Positions 11,001-20,182 are shown, counted from the first letter of the stretch. The stretch is DNA of 64,000 nucleotides from Pseudomonadota bacterium (GCA_029782295.1 JAKOVB010000168.1:169250-233249), one strand, 5' to 3'. The notes: a model not told the origin generated them from the sequence alone. Numbers and translations: made by a program.

Positions 11001-11198
11001 GTCGCCGATGCTGTACATGATGAGACCGCAGGCCACGGAGCAATACGGGCAGGTATTGCGGGTCTCGGTGGTGCGGGCCAGTTTGAACTGTCGCACCTCC
11101 GCCAGCGCTTCGCCGGGCATGAAGCCCATCACGGCAATGCTGGAAGACCCCAGGGTCGCGGCGCTCAGTTTGAAAAACTGACGCCTGGTGATTTTCAT
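8016..11198 (-). CDS. fdnG: Formate dehydrogenase-N alpha subunit, selenocysteine-containing, Tat-exported (two track ORFs joined across in-frame UGA at 10613-10611)
   Basis: ORFs 10611..11198 and 8016..10598 are in the same frame. The junction reads ...[30 protein letters not shown], matching the FdnG/FdoG Sec site. Twin-arginine signal [17 protein letters not shown]. selA, selB and selC are present in the window. Confidence 0.93.
10573..10604 (-). promoter_or_regulatory. Candidate bacterial SECIS hairpin downstream of the fdnG UGA
   Basis: The mRNA reads UGA CAC GCA then CCGA CGG-U-GGCAA GUC UUGCC CC AUCAU UCGG. A lower stem CCGA/UCGG and an upper stem GG(U)GGCAA/UUGCCCC with a bulged U and a GU-containing apical loop begin 9 nt after the UGA. 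Hand-folded only. Confidence 0.6.
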
Positions 11199-11362
11199 GG
11201 TTAACCTCAGATCGCGATTTCTGAAAAAACTTCTTTGATTATAGCCAATGCCAGCCTCAAATTAAACCCGAAGCCGCATCAGGTCTTTGATCGGGCAGGA
11301 CAGCGCATTCAATTCGATGCGATAATTCACGCTTCCATCCACTACGACAGAAAGGTGAGTTG

Positions 11363-12502
11363 ATGAGTCTCATCACACACCCGGAAGCGCCTTACATGAA
11401 GGCGTTGTCCTCCATTATTCAAAACGTGGTCGCCCCGGCGGCCGATTCCATCGATCAGCAGGCGCAATTTCCACGTGCCGCCATGAAAGCCATGGGCGAA
11501 TCCGGTCTGCTCGGCCTGATTTCCGCCAGGGAAGTCGGCGGCATGGGCGAAGGGCACCGTGCCGCGACCGCCGTCGTCGAACAGCTTGCCAGGGTGTGCA
11601 TGTCGACCGCCATGGTCACCTGCATGCACTATAGCGCAGCGGCCGTCATCGAAGCGCATGGCCGTCGCGAAGTGCGTGAAGCCATCGCAGCAGGAAAACA
11701 CATTTCGACCCTGGCCTTTTCGGAAACGGGCTCACGCAGCCATTTCTGGGCCCCTGTCGGCACCGCCGAACGGCAGGGCAATCAGATCATCCTCCACGGC
11801 GCCAAGAGCTGGGTCACGTCCGCAGGTGAAGCGGATTCCTATGTCTGGTCGAGCAAGCCGGTGCAGACCGAGGCTGCCAGCACGCTTTGGCTGGTGGATA
11901 GCCACCTGCCCGGCTTGAGCGTCGCCGGCGCTTTCGATGGGCTGGGCCTTCGCGGAAACGCCTCTTCTCCGGTCAAGGCGGAAGGGGTCGTTGTTTCCGA
12001 AGCCGATCGCCTGGGGCTGGATGGCGGCGGTTTCGATCTGATGATGGGCGTCATCGTTCCCTATTTCAACCTGATGACGGCCGCCGTCGGTATCGGCAAC
12101 ATGCATGCAGCCGTCGACAAGGCTGTCCAGCATGTAAGTTCCACGCGGTACGCGCACCTCGGCCAGTCCGTCGCTGATCTCCCTACGGTGCGTGCCTACC
12201 TGGCCCGCATGCGCATCAAGACGGACATGGCCCATGCCCTGTTGCTGGAGGCGCTGAAGGCGCTGGAAGAGGGGCGAGAGGATACCTTGTTGCGATTGCT
12301 GGAAGTCAAGGCCGCAGCGGGTGAGGCTGCACCGGAAGTCACGGATCTTGCCATGCGGGTTTGCGGCGGGGCGGCCTTCCGCAAGGAAGGCGGCGTCGAG
12401 CGCAACTTCCGGGACGCGCGCGCCGGGACGGTCATGGCCCCGACCACGGATGTGCTGTACGACTTCATCGGCAAGGCCCTCTGCGGCATGCCGGTGTTTT
12501 GA
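11363..12502 (+). CDS. Acyl-CoA dehydrogenase-fold flavoprotein (function unknown)
   Basis: About 379 aa. ACAD N-terminal, middle and C-terminal layout (GLLGLISAREVGG, LAFSETGSRSHFW, KSWVTSA, ERNFRDARAG). ATG 11363 is preceded by AAAGGTGAG. The track ORF starts one codon earlier at TTG 11360. Confidence 0.85.
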   Translation: MSLITHPEAPYMKALSSIIQNVVAPAADSIDQQAQFPRAAMKAMGESGLLGLISAREVGGMGEGHRAATAVVEQLARVCMSTAMVTCMHYSAAAVIEAHGRREVREAIAAGKHISTLAFSETGSRSHFWAPVGTAERQGNQIILHGAKSWVTSAGEADSYVWSSKPVQTEAASTLWLVDSHLPGLSVAGAFDGLGLRGNASSPVKAEGVVVSEADRLGLDGGGFDLMMGVIVPYFNLMTAAVGIGNMHAAVDKAVQHVSSTRYAHLGQSVADLPTVRAYLARMRIKTDMAHALLLEALKALEEGREDTLLRLLEVKAAAGEAAPEVTDLAMRVCGGAAFRKEGGVERNFRDARAGTVMAPTTDVLYDFIGKALCGMPVF

Positions 12503-12513
12503 GAGGGGTGGCC

Positions 12514-13377
12514 ATGACTGACCGCAACATGCTCGTCATGGGCGCCGTCGCCTATGCCCCCAAGGTTGTGACCATCTGGGAAGGCTTCAGGCAGTTTTTC
12601 GAAGCCAACGGCCTGCCATTCGATTTCGTGCTGTATTCCAACTATGAACGACAGGTCGAAGCCCTTTTTGACGGCAGCATTCATGTGGCCTGGAATTCAC
12701 CGTTGGCCTGGCTCCGCGCAGAACGCATGGGCAAGGCCGTTGGCAAACCGGTCAGCACCATCGCCATGCGCGACAGCGACCGTGACCTGACTTCCCTGAT
12801 CGTGGTCCGTGCGGATGCCGACATCCGGCAAATCGCTGACCTGAGCGGCAGGACCGTGGCAGTCGGGGCCGTCGATTCGCCGCAGGCCACGCTGTTGCCG
12901 CTCTATTGCCTGCATCGCCAGGGGATCAAGGCCGGCGAGGATTTCGCCATACAACGCCACGACCAGTTGGGTGGCAAGCATGGCGACCATATCGGGGGCG
13001 AACGCGAAGCCGCCCGTGCGCTGCTGGCCGGTAAGGCGGATGCCGCATGCATGATCGCTGGCAACCACCTCCTGTTCACGAACGAAGGCACGCTGCCCGC
13101 AGGCTCCACCCGGATTCTTGCCGAAACGCCCCGCTACGACCACTGCAACTTCACGGTGGCCGCAGATGCGCCACCGTCGCTGGTCGCCCGCATGCGCGAA
13201 CTGCTGCTTGGCATGTCCTGGGAAGACCCGGCGCTGCGGCCGCTACTGGAACTGGAAGGCCTGCGGCAATGGATGCCGGAACGCGTGGAAGGCTACCGCG
13301 ATCTGGACGCTGCCGTCGATGTGTTCGGGTTCTACGACCCTTCGGGCAACATTACCTGTGTCGACTATCACTATTGA
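12514..13377 (+). CDS. PhnD/SsuA-like periplasmic-binding-protein-fold protein without a signal peptide
   Basis: Start taken at ATG 12514 (MTDRNMLVMGAVAYAPKVVTIWEGF...), 11 nt after the ACAD stop. Pattern VAWNSPLAWL...LIVVRADADIRQIADLSGRTVAVGAVDSPQATLLP resembles phosphonate/phosphite-binding PhnD proteins. The N-terminus is not hydrophobic. Confidence 0.7.
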   Translation: MTDRNMLVMGAVAYAPKVVTIWEGFRQFFEANGLPFDFVLYSNYERQVEALFDGSIHVAWNSPLAWLRAERMGKAVGKPVSTIAMRDSDRDLTSLIVVRADADIRQIADLSGRTVAVGAVDSPQATLLPLYCLHRQGIKAGEDFAIQRHDQLGGKHGDHIGGEREAARALLAGKADAACMIAGNHLLFTNEGTLPAGSTRILAETPRYDHCNFTVAADAPPSLVARMRELLLGMSWEDPALRPLLELEGLRQWMPERVEGYRDLDAAVDVFGFYDPSGNITCVDYHY

Positions 13378-14539
13378 GCGACTGGATGCGGCAGGCGCGC
13401 TGTTGCTGAAGCGCGCCTTGCGCAACCTGCCTCCGGGGGAATCGCTGATGGTCACGGGCGATTCGCCGGAGTTGGCAGCCCATCTGGCGGCATGGTGCCG
13501 TGCGCGTGGACATTGCTGGCAAACGTCGGAGGTGCCCCACCTGCTCGGCAGCATCCATCCCGGTTCGCTTGATCAGCGTCGCTGGCAAGGCGCGCTGACG
13601 ACCGGTGCCCTGGCAAGCGGCGGTGTCGCCGATCGCGCCGAGCCCCGTTGGGGCCTTGCCGCAAGAGGGGCTCATGTGGAGGCCTCGGCACCTGCCTTTC
13701 ACTTCCCGCTGTCTGACAAGGTCATGATCTGGGCGAATGAAGCCCCAAAACTTTACGCGCAAGCCGTTGCCGCCCAGTGGAACCCGGATGAGGCCATCGA
13801 CTGGACGCAGCCCATTGAACTGCCCGAGGATATCGAGGCAGCCGTCGTGCAGGTGATGACCTACCTGATCGAGAACGAAAATGCCGCGCTGCTGGTTCCA
13901 GCCCGCTTTCTGGCGCAGATGCACCCGCATTTCCGGGAAGTCATGCAACTCCTCGCCATTCAGGTAGCGGACGAAGCGCGCCACATCGAAGTCTTTACCC
14001 GCCGTATCGCCCTCAAGGGGCATCAGCCAGCCTTGTCGACGGCCGGGGGGCAAGCCTCGCTCAAGACTTTGCTGGATACGCCGGATTTCGCCATCGCGCT
14101 GTTCCTGTTGTCGGTGCTGGGCGAAGGGACCTTCGTCAATCTGTTGAATTTCCTCAGTGCCCATGCACCTGACCCAATCACTCGCCAGGTTGCCCGGCTG
14201 GCGGCGCAGGACGAGGCCCGTCACGTGGCATTCGGCATGGCCCATTTGCAGTACCAGCTGGCACAGGATCCGGCTTTGCGCGATCGTCTGGCCAACGCCA
14301 TCGAGCAGCGTTTCGAATCACTGGCGACGACCGATGGCCTCAATGAAGAAGTGATGGATGCCTTGCTGCTGCTGGCGGCAGGCTCATGGCTGCCCGCTGC
14401 CCTCCTTGCAGGTCAGGAAAAGGTCATGGCATTGCAGCAGGATATGACTGCGGGGCGCCGGCTGCGGTTGGTCAAGCTGGGTTTTCCCGAGGCGCAGGCG
14501 GCCCGGCTGGCCGACCTGCACACCAGGAATTTCATGTGA
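13358..14539 (+). CDS. Fusion protein: TusA/SirA-like N-terminal domain (no CPxP cysteine) + ferritin-like diiron-carboxylate domain
   Basis: N-terminus LDAAGALLLKRALRNLPPGESLMVTGDSPELAAHLAAWCRARGH resembles the TusA fold. The C-terminal domain carries a duplicated E-x(29-31)-DEARH motif (IENEN...QVADEARH; LGEGT...AAQDEARH). The start is uncertain: GTG 13358 overlaps the upstream gene by 20 nt, and the track ORF extends further upstream inside that gene. Confidence 0.6.
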   Translation: MSTITIERLDAAGALLLKRALRNLPPGESLMVTGDSPELAAHLAAWCRARGHCWQTSEVPHLLGSIHPGSLDQRRWQGALTTGALASGGVADRAEPRWGLAARGAHVEASAPAFHFPLSDKVMIWANEAPKLYAQAVAAQWNPDEAIDWTQPIELPEDIEAAVVQVMTYLIENENAALLVPARFLAQMHPHFREVMQLLAIQVADEARHIEVFTRRIALKGHQPALSTAGGQASLKTLLDTPDFAIALFLLSVLGEGTFVNLLNFLSAHAPDPITRQVARLAAQDEARHVAFGMAHLQYQLAQDPALRDRLANAIEQRFESLATTDGLNEEVMDALLLLAAGSWLPAALLAGQEKVMALQQDMTAGRRLRLVKLGFPEAQAARLADLHTRNFM

Positions 14540-14544
14540 ACATG

Positions 14545-15609
14545 CTATGACGAGATCAGTTCGCGACTGGTCAGGGCGAATACGAACTTGGCAGGGTCCC
14601 TGCCATCCAGCCGGGTCTCGCCGAATTCGGCGTACGGGTACATCAGGTAGGGCAGCGTGCGGCTGGCCTTCGGGCTGAGTTCGAAATCACGTGCGTGGTT
14701 GAATCCCACCCAGTTCATTTCCCAGAAGCCGAACAGGCGGTTGCGCAGCTCGACCAGTCTGGGGTCATCCAGGGTCAGTTTTGCTTCCAGCACCGCTTTG
14801 CGCACATCGGCTGGATCGACGGCCACCCAGCCGTGGCGCGGCGAGAAGTACTCGGCTCGGCAGTGTTGCGCTTTGGAGACGTCCCCGGCCTTGCCCAGGC
14901 AAGGCAGTTGGGCTGATTCCGCCACGCGCACGCCGTACATCTCGCGGGCAGGGATGCCGGCTGCGCGCGCGAGGCCCACGAACAGGCTGTTGATGTCCGC
15001 GCATTTGCCGCCCAGGTTGCCAGTTTCCAGCATGCCCTTGATGTTGCCCATGCCGCAACCTTTCACGGCCGGGTCACGGAAGGTGTTGTCGACGATCCAT
15101 TCGTAGATGGCGCGTGCCTTGTCGTCCGGCGACGCCAGTCCCTTGACGATTTTCGCGGAGGTTTCCGCGACGATGCCATCGATTGGCATGTGTTCGGTCG
15201 GCTGCAGGTACAGGGCCGCTTCTTCGCTGTTGCAGAGGCCGTTCACCGGCTCCGTCATCTGGCGGTTGCGGGTGGCGACCCGGGTCACCACTTTGACCTT
15301 GCGCGCCATGTCCCCGGCAGCCCATTCCGCAGCATAGATCGGCGCACGGTACGCCGGATCCCAGGTCAGGGTGGCAGTGGCAGGTCCCTCGATCAGGCGG
15401 GTGGACAGCACCTGCTGGTACGGGATGGCCATGGCGGGCAGCGGCAACCATAGTTTGCCGGGGCCTGCATGGGCGCTGAGGTCGATGTCGTAGGTCAGTT
15501 CGAATGTGCGCCAGCCGGATTCTGACGGGGTGGCGGTAGCCAGCGAACGGGGGAAGTAGGAAAGCAGCGTACCAATGGCGCTGAGGCGCAGAAAGTCACG
15601 TCGATGCAT
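14545..15609 (-). CDS. Tat-signal transglutaminase-like family protein
   Basis: 354 aa. MHRRDFLRLSAIGTLL twin-arginine leader. Core GKCADINSLFVGLARAAGIPAR...HCRAEYF...GWVAVDPAD matches the transglutaminase-like Cys/His/Asp arrangement. Confidence 0.8.
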   Translation of the reverse strand: MHRRDFLRLSAIGTLLSYFPRSLATATPSESGWRTFELTYDIDLSAHAGPGKLWLPLPAMAIPYQQVLSTRLIEGPATATLTWDPAYRAPIYAAEWAAGDMARKVKVVTRVATRNRQMTEPVNGLCNSEEAALYLQPTEHMPIDGIVAETSAKIVKGLASPDDKARAIYEWIVDNTFRDPAVKGCGMGNIKGMLETGNLGGKCADINSLFVGLARAAGIPAREMYGVRVAESAQLPCLGKAGDVSKAQHCRAEYFSPRHGWVAVDPADVRKAVLEAKLTLDDPRLVELRNRLFGFWEMNWVGFNHARDFELSPKASRTLPYLMYPYAEFGETRLDGRDPAKFVFALTSRELISS

Positions 15610-15762
15610 GGCAACTCCTGAATGGTTGAGTGGATCACGCTCCGGTGGCCAGACCTGGCCAAGTGGCCGGAAGCGGACATTTTAATCTGGAATATTCGGA
15701 TCGGATGAATATTCGAAAAATTCCGTCGCTCGGCGAGATGGCTTTGTCCACAACGTCTGGGT

Positions 15763-15784
15763 AAAAAAACAAAGGCGCCTTTGT
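15763..15784 (-). terminator. Rho-independent terminator after the PEP-CTERM gene
   Basis: Stem CAAAGG-CG-CCTTTG (15770-15783) followed on the minus strand by a U-run (plus-strand A-run 15763-15769), 21 nt past the stop at 15805. Confidence 0.5.
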
Positions 15785-15804
15785 TCCATGTGATGCTGGT
15801 TGCT

Positions 15805-16608
15805 TCAAAGCTGTCTGCGTCTTGCAATCACACCCAGCAGTCCCAGGCCTGCCAGCATGAGCAGGAACTCTGATGGTTCCGGCACGGGAGGGGTATTCGG
15901 CAATTCCCCGACTTGCTGGTCGGACAGTTCGCCATCGAAAAGCCGGATCATGGCGACGCGACCATCGCTGAACTCGTTCTGGCCGCCGGCGACGACGTTG
16001 TCGGCGAAGAAATGAATCAGGCGGTCGGGGTTGACCCCGCTATAGGCGCTGAAGTCCATGGAGTTGGTCGTGACGTCGAACTGGAAGATGCCATCCATGT
16101 AGCTGGTGACGTGGCCGTTGCCATTATTGGTCAGCGTGACACGGTGATATTCGCCGAAGGTGAACGGGGTCACCCCGGTGTTGACCGGCCATACCTGCAA
16201 CAGATTGTTCGGGGCGACGTAGAAAGCGTTGTCGCTCTGGCGATTGGACACGCCGAAGATGTTTTTCCATGTCGACTGGCTGGCTTCGAACTGGAAAATG
16301 ATGTCGACGGAGTAGGCGTTGTCATTGTTCAGCAGTCCGGTCGTGTTGACGGACAGGCCGGCCTGCTGGGATGGCGTCTGGTTGCCGTCGAACCGGTACA
16401 CGGTGCGGGTCTGGCCGAATACGGTATCGGTCATGAAACCGCTGGTCCCCATCGGGTCGATTGCGGTCAGCGCGGGTGCGCCGGCTTCATTGGCGGCCAG
16501 TGAGTTGTTGAAGTTCCAGGTAGCAACAGGCGTGGCCGCCATGGCGTTTGCTGAAAACAGGGCCAACCCTGCAACCCAAAGCTTGATGTTCATGATCGCT
16601 CTTCTCAC
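15805..16608 (-). CDS. Secreted concanavalin/LamG-like protein with C-terminal PEP-CTERM sorting signal
   Basis: 267 aa. Signal peptide MNIKLWVAGLALFSANAMA. C-terminus VPEPSEFLLMLAGLGLLGVIARRRQL (PEP motif + TM + Arg cluster). Confidence 0.85.
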   Translation of the reverse strand: MRRAIMNIKLWVAGLALFSANAMAATPVATWNFNNSLAANEAGAPALTAIDPMGTSGFMTDTVFGQTRTVYRFDGNQTPSQQAGLSVNTTGLLNNDNAYSVDIIFQFEASQSTWKNIFGVSNRQSDNAFYVAPNNLLQVWPVNTGVTPFTFGEYHRVTLTNNGNGHVTSYMDGIFQFDVTTNSMDFSAYSGVNPDRLIHFFADNVVAGGQNEFSDGRVAMIRLFDGELSDQQVGELPNTPPVPEPSEFLLMLAGLGLLGVIARRRQL

Positions 16609-16690
16609 CTGATATATGATTTTTAGCCATTATGAGCTTCTGAAAAGCCGGGGCAATAGCCCGAATGGGCTAATGGGTAAAACGGGGGGG

Positions 16691-16787
16691 TGGCGGAAGA
16701 GAATGGGAGTCGAACCCACCTGAGACTGCCTGGCAGCCTCAACCGAATTTGAAGTCCGGTCGTCCCACCGGGGAACGTCTCTCTTCC
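16691..16787 (-). tRNA. selC: tRNA-Sec (anticodon UCA)
   Basis: Minus strand reads GGAAGAGAGACGTTCCCCGGTGGGACGACCGGACTTCAAATTCGGTTGAGGCTGCCAGGCAGTCTCAGGTGGGTTCGACTCCCATTCTCTTCCGCCA. 8-bp acceptor stem GGAAGAGA/TCTCTTCC, anticodon loop CUUCAAA, long variable arm, encoded CCA. Lies 20 nt downstream of selB. Confidence 0.93.
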
Positions 16788-16807
16788 GTGTCCGGCAATT
16801 TTACCAG

Positions 16808-18712
16808 TTAAAACTGCAACAGCTCGTTGCGGATGCGGTGTGCGTCATGGACGCGGCGGGTGTAACCGACACGATCGAAGAATTCCAGGATCTGGATGGC
16901 GAGCTTGCGGCCGGTTTCGATCCGGGTGCGGAATTCCGCCGCATAGACCTCTGCCCGGGGATGGTCCGTGGCAGTCTGGCGGACGATCTCGGCCAGTTGT
17001 GCCACCGCCGGGGGCAGGAAATAGTGGTCGTGCGCCACCAGATAGACCCGCCCCATGCGTGCGGCGCGGCGGAGCAGCGCGCGCACGGCGACCTCGTCGA
17101 TGCCCAGGGTGTGGCCGATATCGCGGACACGCGGCGGCTGGAAAGGCTGGGCCGCCAGCAAGGGCAGGATCTCTTTCCAGCGTTTTTCTTCCTCCGGACC
17201 CAGAGTGATGGTATGGCCTGGCAGGTGCAGCCAGGAACCGTCCTTGGCCAGGCGGCCGCTGGCCAGCAGGTCTTCGACCAGCGCGGCGAAGGCTGCGCGG
17301 GTGAGTTGCGGGGCGGTGCGCATGCGCAACTGTTCGCCGTTCAGGCCGAGGGAGTCGCTGACTTCGGCGTGTTCCCGGGCCAGGGTGTCGATGGCCGTGT
17401 CGCGCAGATCGTTCCATCGCTCGGCGGAAAACGCCGTGGCCGGTGCGCGCAACCGGGCGACCACGCAAGGCGTATCGGACAACAGCGCCAGCAAGTCCTG
17501 CTCGGTCAGGTTGGCGTTGGCAGCGAAGGTCGGGAGCTCGATCCCGTTCGGGGCGCAATCCAGCAGGGCGGCCAGCACTTCCGGCAGCGATGGTCGCTGC
17601 CATGCCGCCAGCATGGCCAGTCGTTGCGGGGTGCGGCGACCGCGTGCCGGGGGATGGCTGTCGAGGATGGTGCCGCCTGCCAGCGTGTGTTGCGCGGACG
17701 CATCGCGGAGAATGAAACGGTCCCCCAGGGCTGCGCCGACGGGCTTGTCGAGGACCAGCTGGGCGAGGCTGCTGTTGCCCGGCGTCAGCGTTTCGTCCTC
17801 GAGCAGTGCGATCCGGCCGGTGACGTGCGTGGCGCCCAGGTGGATGTGGGCGGGGCTCCAGTGTTTGAGCGGTGGCGCATCCGCAAGCAGGTGCAGGCGG
17901 ACGTCGAGCCGGGTGGTCGGCGCATGCAGGAAAGGGGGCAGCACCCAGTCGCCGCGTTGCACCTCGGCTTTGTCGATCCCGGCCAGATTGAGCGCACAAC
18001 GCTGGCCAGCCAGGCCTTGCTGCGCCGGCTGGTTCTGGGCATGGATGCTGCGAACCCGGACTTCCTGCCCGGAAGGGGAAATCAGCAAATGGTCCCCCAC
18101 CGTCACGCGACCGGAGAACACGGTGCCGGTGACCACCGTCCCCACGCCGCCGAGGCTGAAGGAACGGTCCACGGCCAGACGGAAGCCGCCTTCGGCAGGC
18201 CGGGCGGGCAGGCTGCGGGCCAACTGTTCGAAGTGCTGGCGCAGGGCTTCGACCCCCTCGCCCGTCACCGAGGACAACGGGAAAATCGGGCTGCCGGCCA
18301 GGCCGGTCCGCAACAGGAACGTTTCGATCTGGGCGCTGATGGCTGCCACGCGTTCCGGGGCGACCATGTCGGTCTTGGTCAACGCCACGGCCCCGTGGTG
18401 CAAGCCGAGCAGGTCGAGAATCTGCACGTGCTCGACGGTCTGCGGCATGATGCCGTCATCTGCGGCGACGATCAGCAGCACGGTATCGATCCCGGTCGCG
18501 CCGGCCAGCATGTTGTGCACCAGTTTTTCGTGGCCCGGGACGTCGATGAAGCCCAGGATGTCGCCATTCGGCAGGGGCGCGTAGGCGTACCCCAGGTCCA
18601 GCGTGATGCCGCGCTCCTTTTCTTCCTTCAGGCGGTCAGCGTCGATGCCGGTCAGGGCTTTGACCAGCGAGGTCTTGCCATGGTCGATGTGGCCTGCCGT
18701 CCCGACGATCAA
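16808..18712 (-). CDS. selB: Selenocysteine-specific translation elongation factor SelB
   Basis: 634 aa. GTPase motifs [25 protein letters not shown]. Long C-terminal winged-helix extension. Start overlaps the selA stop. Confidence 0.95.
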   Translation of the reverse strand: MIVGTAGHIDHGKTSLVKALTGIDADRLKEEKERGITLDLGYAYAPLPNGDILGFIDVPGHEKLVHNMLAGATGIDTVLLIVAADDGIMPQTVEHVQILDLLGLHHGAVALTKTDMVAPERVAAISAQIETFLLRTGLAGSPIFPLSSVTGEGVEALRQHFEQLARSLPARPAEGGFRLAVDRSFSLGGVGTVVTGTVFSGRVTVGDHLLISPSGQEVRVRSIHAQNQPAQQGLAGQRCALNLAGIDKAEVQRGDWVLPPFLHAPTTRLDVRLHLLADAPPLKHWSPAHIHLGATHVTGRIALLEDETLTPGNSSLAQLVLDKPVGAALGDRFILRDASAQHTLAGGTILDSHPPARGRRTPQRLAMLAAWQRPSLPEVLAALLDCAPNGIELPTFAANANLTEQDLLALLSDTPCVVARLRAPATAFSAERWNDLRDTAIDTLAREHAEVSDSLGLNGEQLRMRTAPQLTRAAFAALVEDLLASGRLAKDGSWLHLPGHTITLGPEEEKRWKEILPLLAAQPFQPPRVRDIGHTLGIDEVAVRALLRRAARMGRVYLVAHDHYFLPPAVAQLAEIVRQTATDHPRAEVYAAEFRTRIETGRKLAIQILEFFDRVGYTRRVHDAHRIRNELLQF

Positions 18713-20106
18713 AGCTGCAGTTCCTTCAGTTGCGAAGAGAAGGTGGCATCATCCTCCAGGCAGCGCAGGTCAAGCAGCAGCGCCCCTTCCTCGATGCGGC
18801 CGATGACCGGGCGCGGCAGGGCGCGGAAGGCGTTCGCCAGCTTGTTCATCGCCGTCCCGGCCCCGCGGCCCTGGACGCGTGGCGTGATGGCCAGGCAGGC
18901 GCTGGGCAGCACATCCACGGGCAGCGAACCACTGCCGATCTGGCTGTGGCAGGCGCGGATCTCGACTTGCGCATGGTCTTGCAGGGCTTGCCCCAGTTGC
19001 GGCAGCAAGCGTTCGGCCAGCGCCCGGATCTCGCCGGCGGGGCGGGTCAGGAGGCGCAGCGTGGGCATGTCGCGGGTCAGCAATTCCGGATAGCGGTAGT
19101 GGCGCAAGGTGGCTTCCAGCGCGGCCATAGTCATTTTGTCCACGCGCAGGGCGCGTTTCAGCGGGTTGCGCTTGATGCGGGCAATCAGTTCCTTGCGTCC
19201 GACCAGAATGCCGGCCTGCGGGCCGCCCAGCAGCTTGTCGCCGCTGAACGTGACCAGATCGGCGCCGTCGGCGATAGCTTCCTGCACGGTGCGCTCCCTG
19301 GGGAGTCCGAGCGTCGTGAAATCGACCAGCGTCCCGCTGCCGAGATCCACGGCGAACGGCAGATCGTGGGCATGGGCCAGCTTCGCCACATCTGCTTCGC
19401 TGACGCCGCTGGTAAAGCCCTGGATGGCGTAGTTGCTGGGGTGGATCTTCATCAGCAGGCCGGTGCGCGGCGTAATGGCCTCGCTGTAGTCTCTGGGGTG
19501 GGTGCGGTTGGTGGTGCCGACTTCGATCAGTTTGGCGCCGGCGCGGGCCATGATGTCCGGGATGCGGAAAGCGCCGCCGATCTCGATCAGTTCCCCGCGC
19601 GAGACGATAACCTGTTTACGCATGGCCAGGGTGTTCAGGAGCAGGAATACGGCCGCGGCGTTGTTGTTCACGACCGTGGCGGCCTCTGCGCCGGTCAGTT
19701 CGCAGATCAGGCGGTCGATGTGGTCATCACGATCGCCGCGGGCGGCTTTGGCGAGGTCGAACTCCAGGTTGCTGGCGGTCTCCATGACGGCATCCACGGC
19801 CGCGGCGGCCTGGGGCGACAGCAGGGCGCGGCCAAGGTTGGTGTGCAGCACGGTGCCGGTCAGGTTAAACACCGGCCGCAGACTGCCGGCGGCCGACGCG
19901 GCCATGCGACCTTCACAGCGTCCGATCAGTTGCTGCAGGTTCCATGGGGTGTCAGGAGCGGCCTTCAGTTCCGTGCGCAGGTCGGTGAGGACCTGGCGGA
20001 TCGTGGCGACGGTGGCGCTGTGGCCATAGCGGTCGCGCAGGGCTGTCAGCGCCGGCTGCGCGAGCATGAGGTCGACGGAAGGCAGGGCGGAAAAATCAGT
20101 CTTCAT
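18709..20106 (-). CDS. selA: L-seryl-tRNA(Sec) selenium transferase SelA
   Basis: 465 aa. NNNAAAV, and [14 protein letters not shown] with the PLP-binding Lys. Overall SelA-like N-terminus (LPSVDLML...). Confidence 0.95.
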   Translation of the reverse strand: MKTDFSALPSVDLMLAQPALTALRDRYGHSATVATIRQVLTDLRTELKAAPDTPWNLQQLIGRCEGRMAASAAGSLRPVFNLTGTVLHTNLGRALLSPQAAAAVDAVMETASNLEFDLAKAARGDRDDHIDRLICELTGAEAATVVNNNAAAVFLLLNTLAMRKQVIVSRGELIEIGGAFRIPDIMARAGAKLIEVGTTNRTHPRDYSEAITPRTGLLMKIHPSNYAIQGFTSGVSEADVAKLAHAHDLPFAVDLGSGTLVDFTTLGLPRERTVQEAIADGADLVTFSGDKLLGGPQAGILVGRKELIARIKRNPLKRALRVDKMTMAALEATLRHYRYPELLTRDMPTLRLLTRPAGEIRALAERLLPQLGQALQDHAQVEIRACHSQIGSGSLPVDVLPSACLAITPRVQGRGAGTAMNKLANAFRALPRPVIGRIEEGALLLDLRCLEDDATFSSQLKELQL

Positions 20107-20182
20107 GGGTTCACCTGGGCACGCAGGATGAATGGGGTTGCAAGGGCGCCAAGGTTACCAGACTTCACCCGGCGGTCGCGAC

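Noticed and set aside
11235-11248. FNR/CRP-like half-palindrome TTGAT-TATA-GCCAA in the fdnG / ACAD divergent intergenic region.
   Set aside because: Only one half-site is good (the second arm matches 3/5). Its centre is about 43 nt from the fdnG ATG, which leaves no room for a normal leader if it were a class II activator site. It is not distinguishable from chance by eye.
12361-12513. Upstream extensions of track ORFs. Examples: 12361..13377, 13118..14539, 43671..44312, 44622..45785, 51705..53450, 52752..54374, 57810..58766, 5586..6728.
   Set aside because: The extra N-terminal residues overlap the preceding gene in another frame and are compositionally odd. Homology-like sequence begins at an internal Met or Val, often with an ATGA stop/start overlap. 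Shorter gene models were used.
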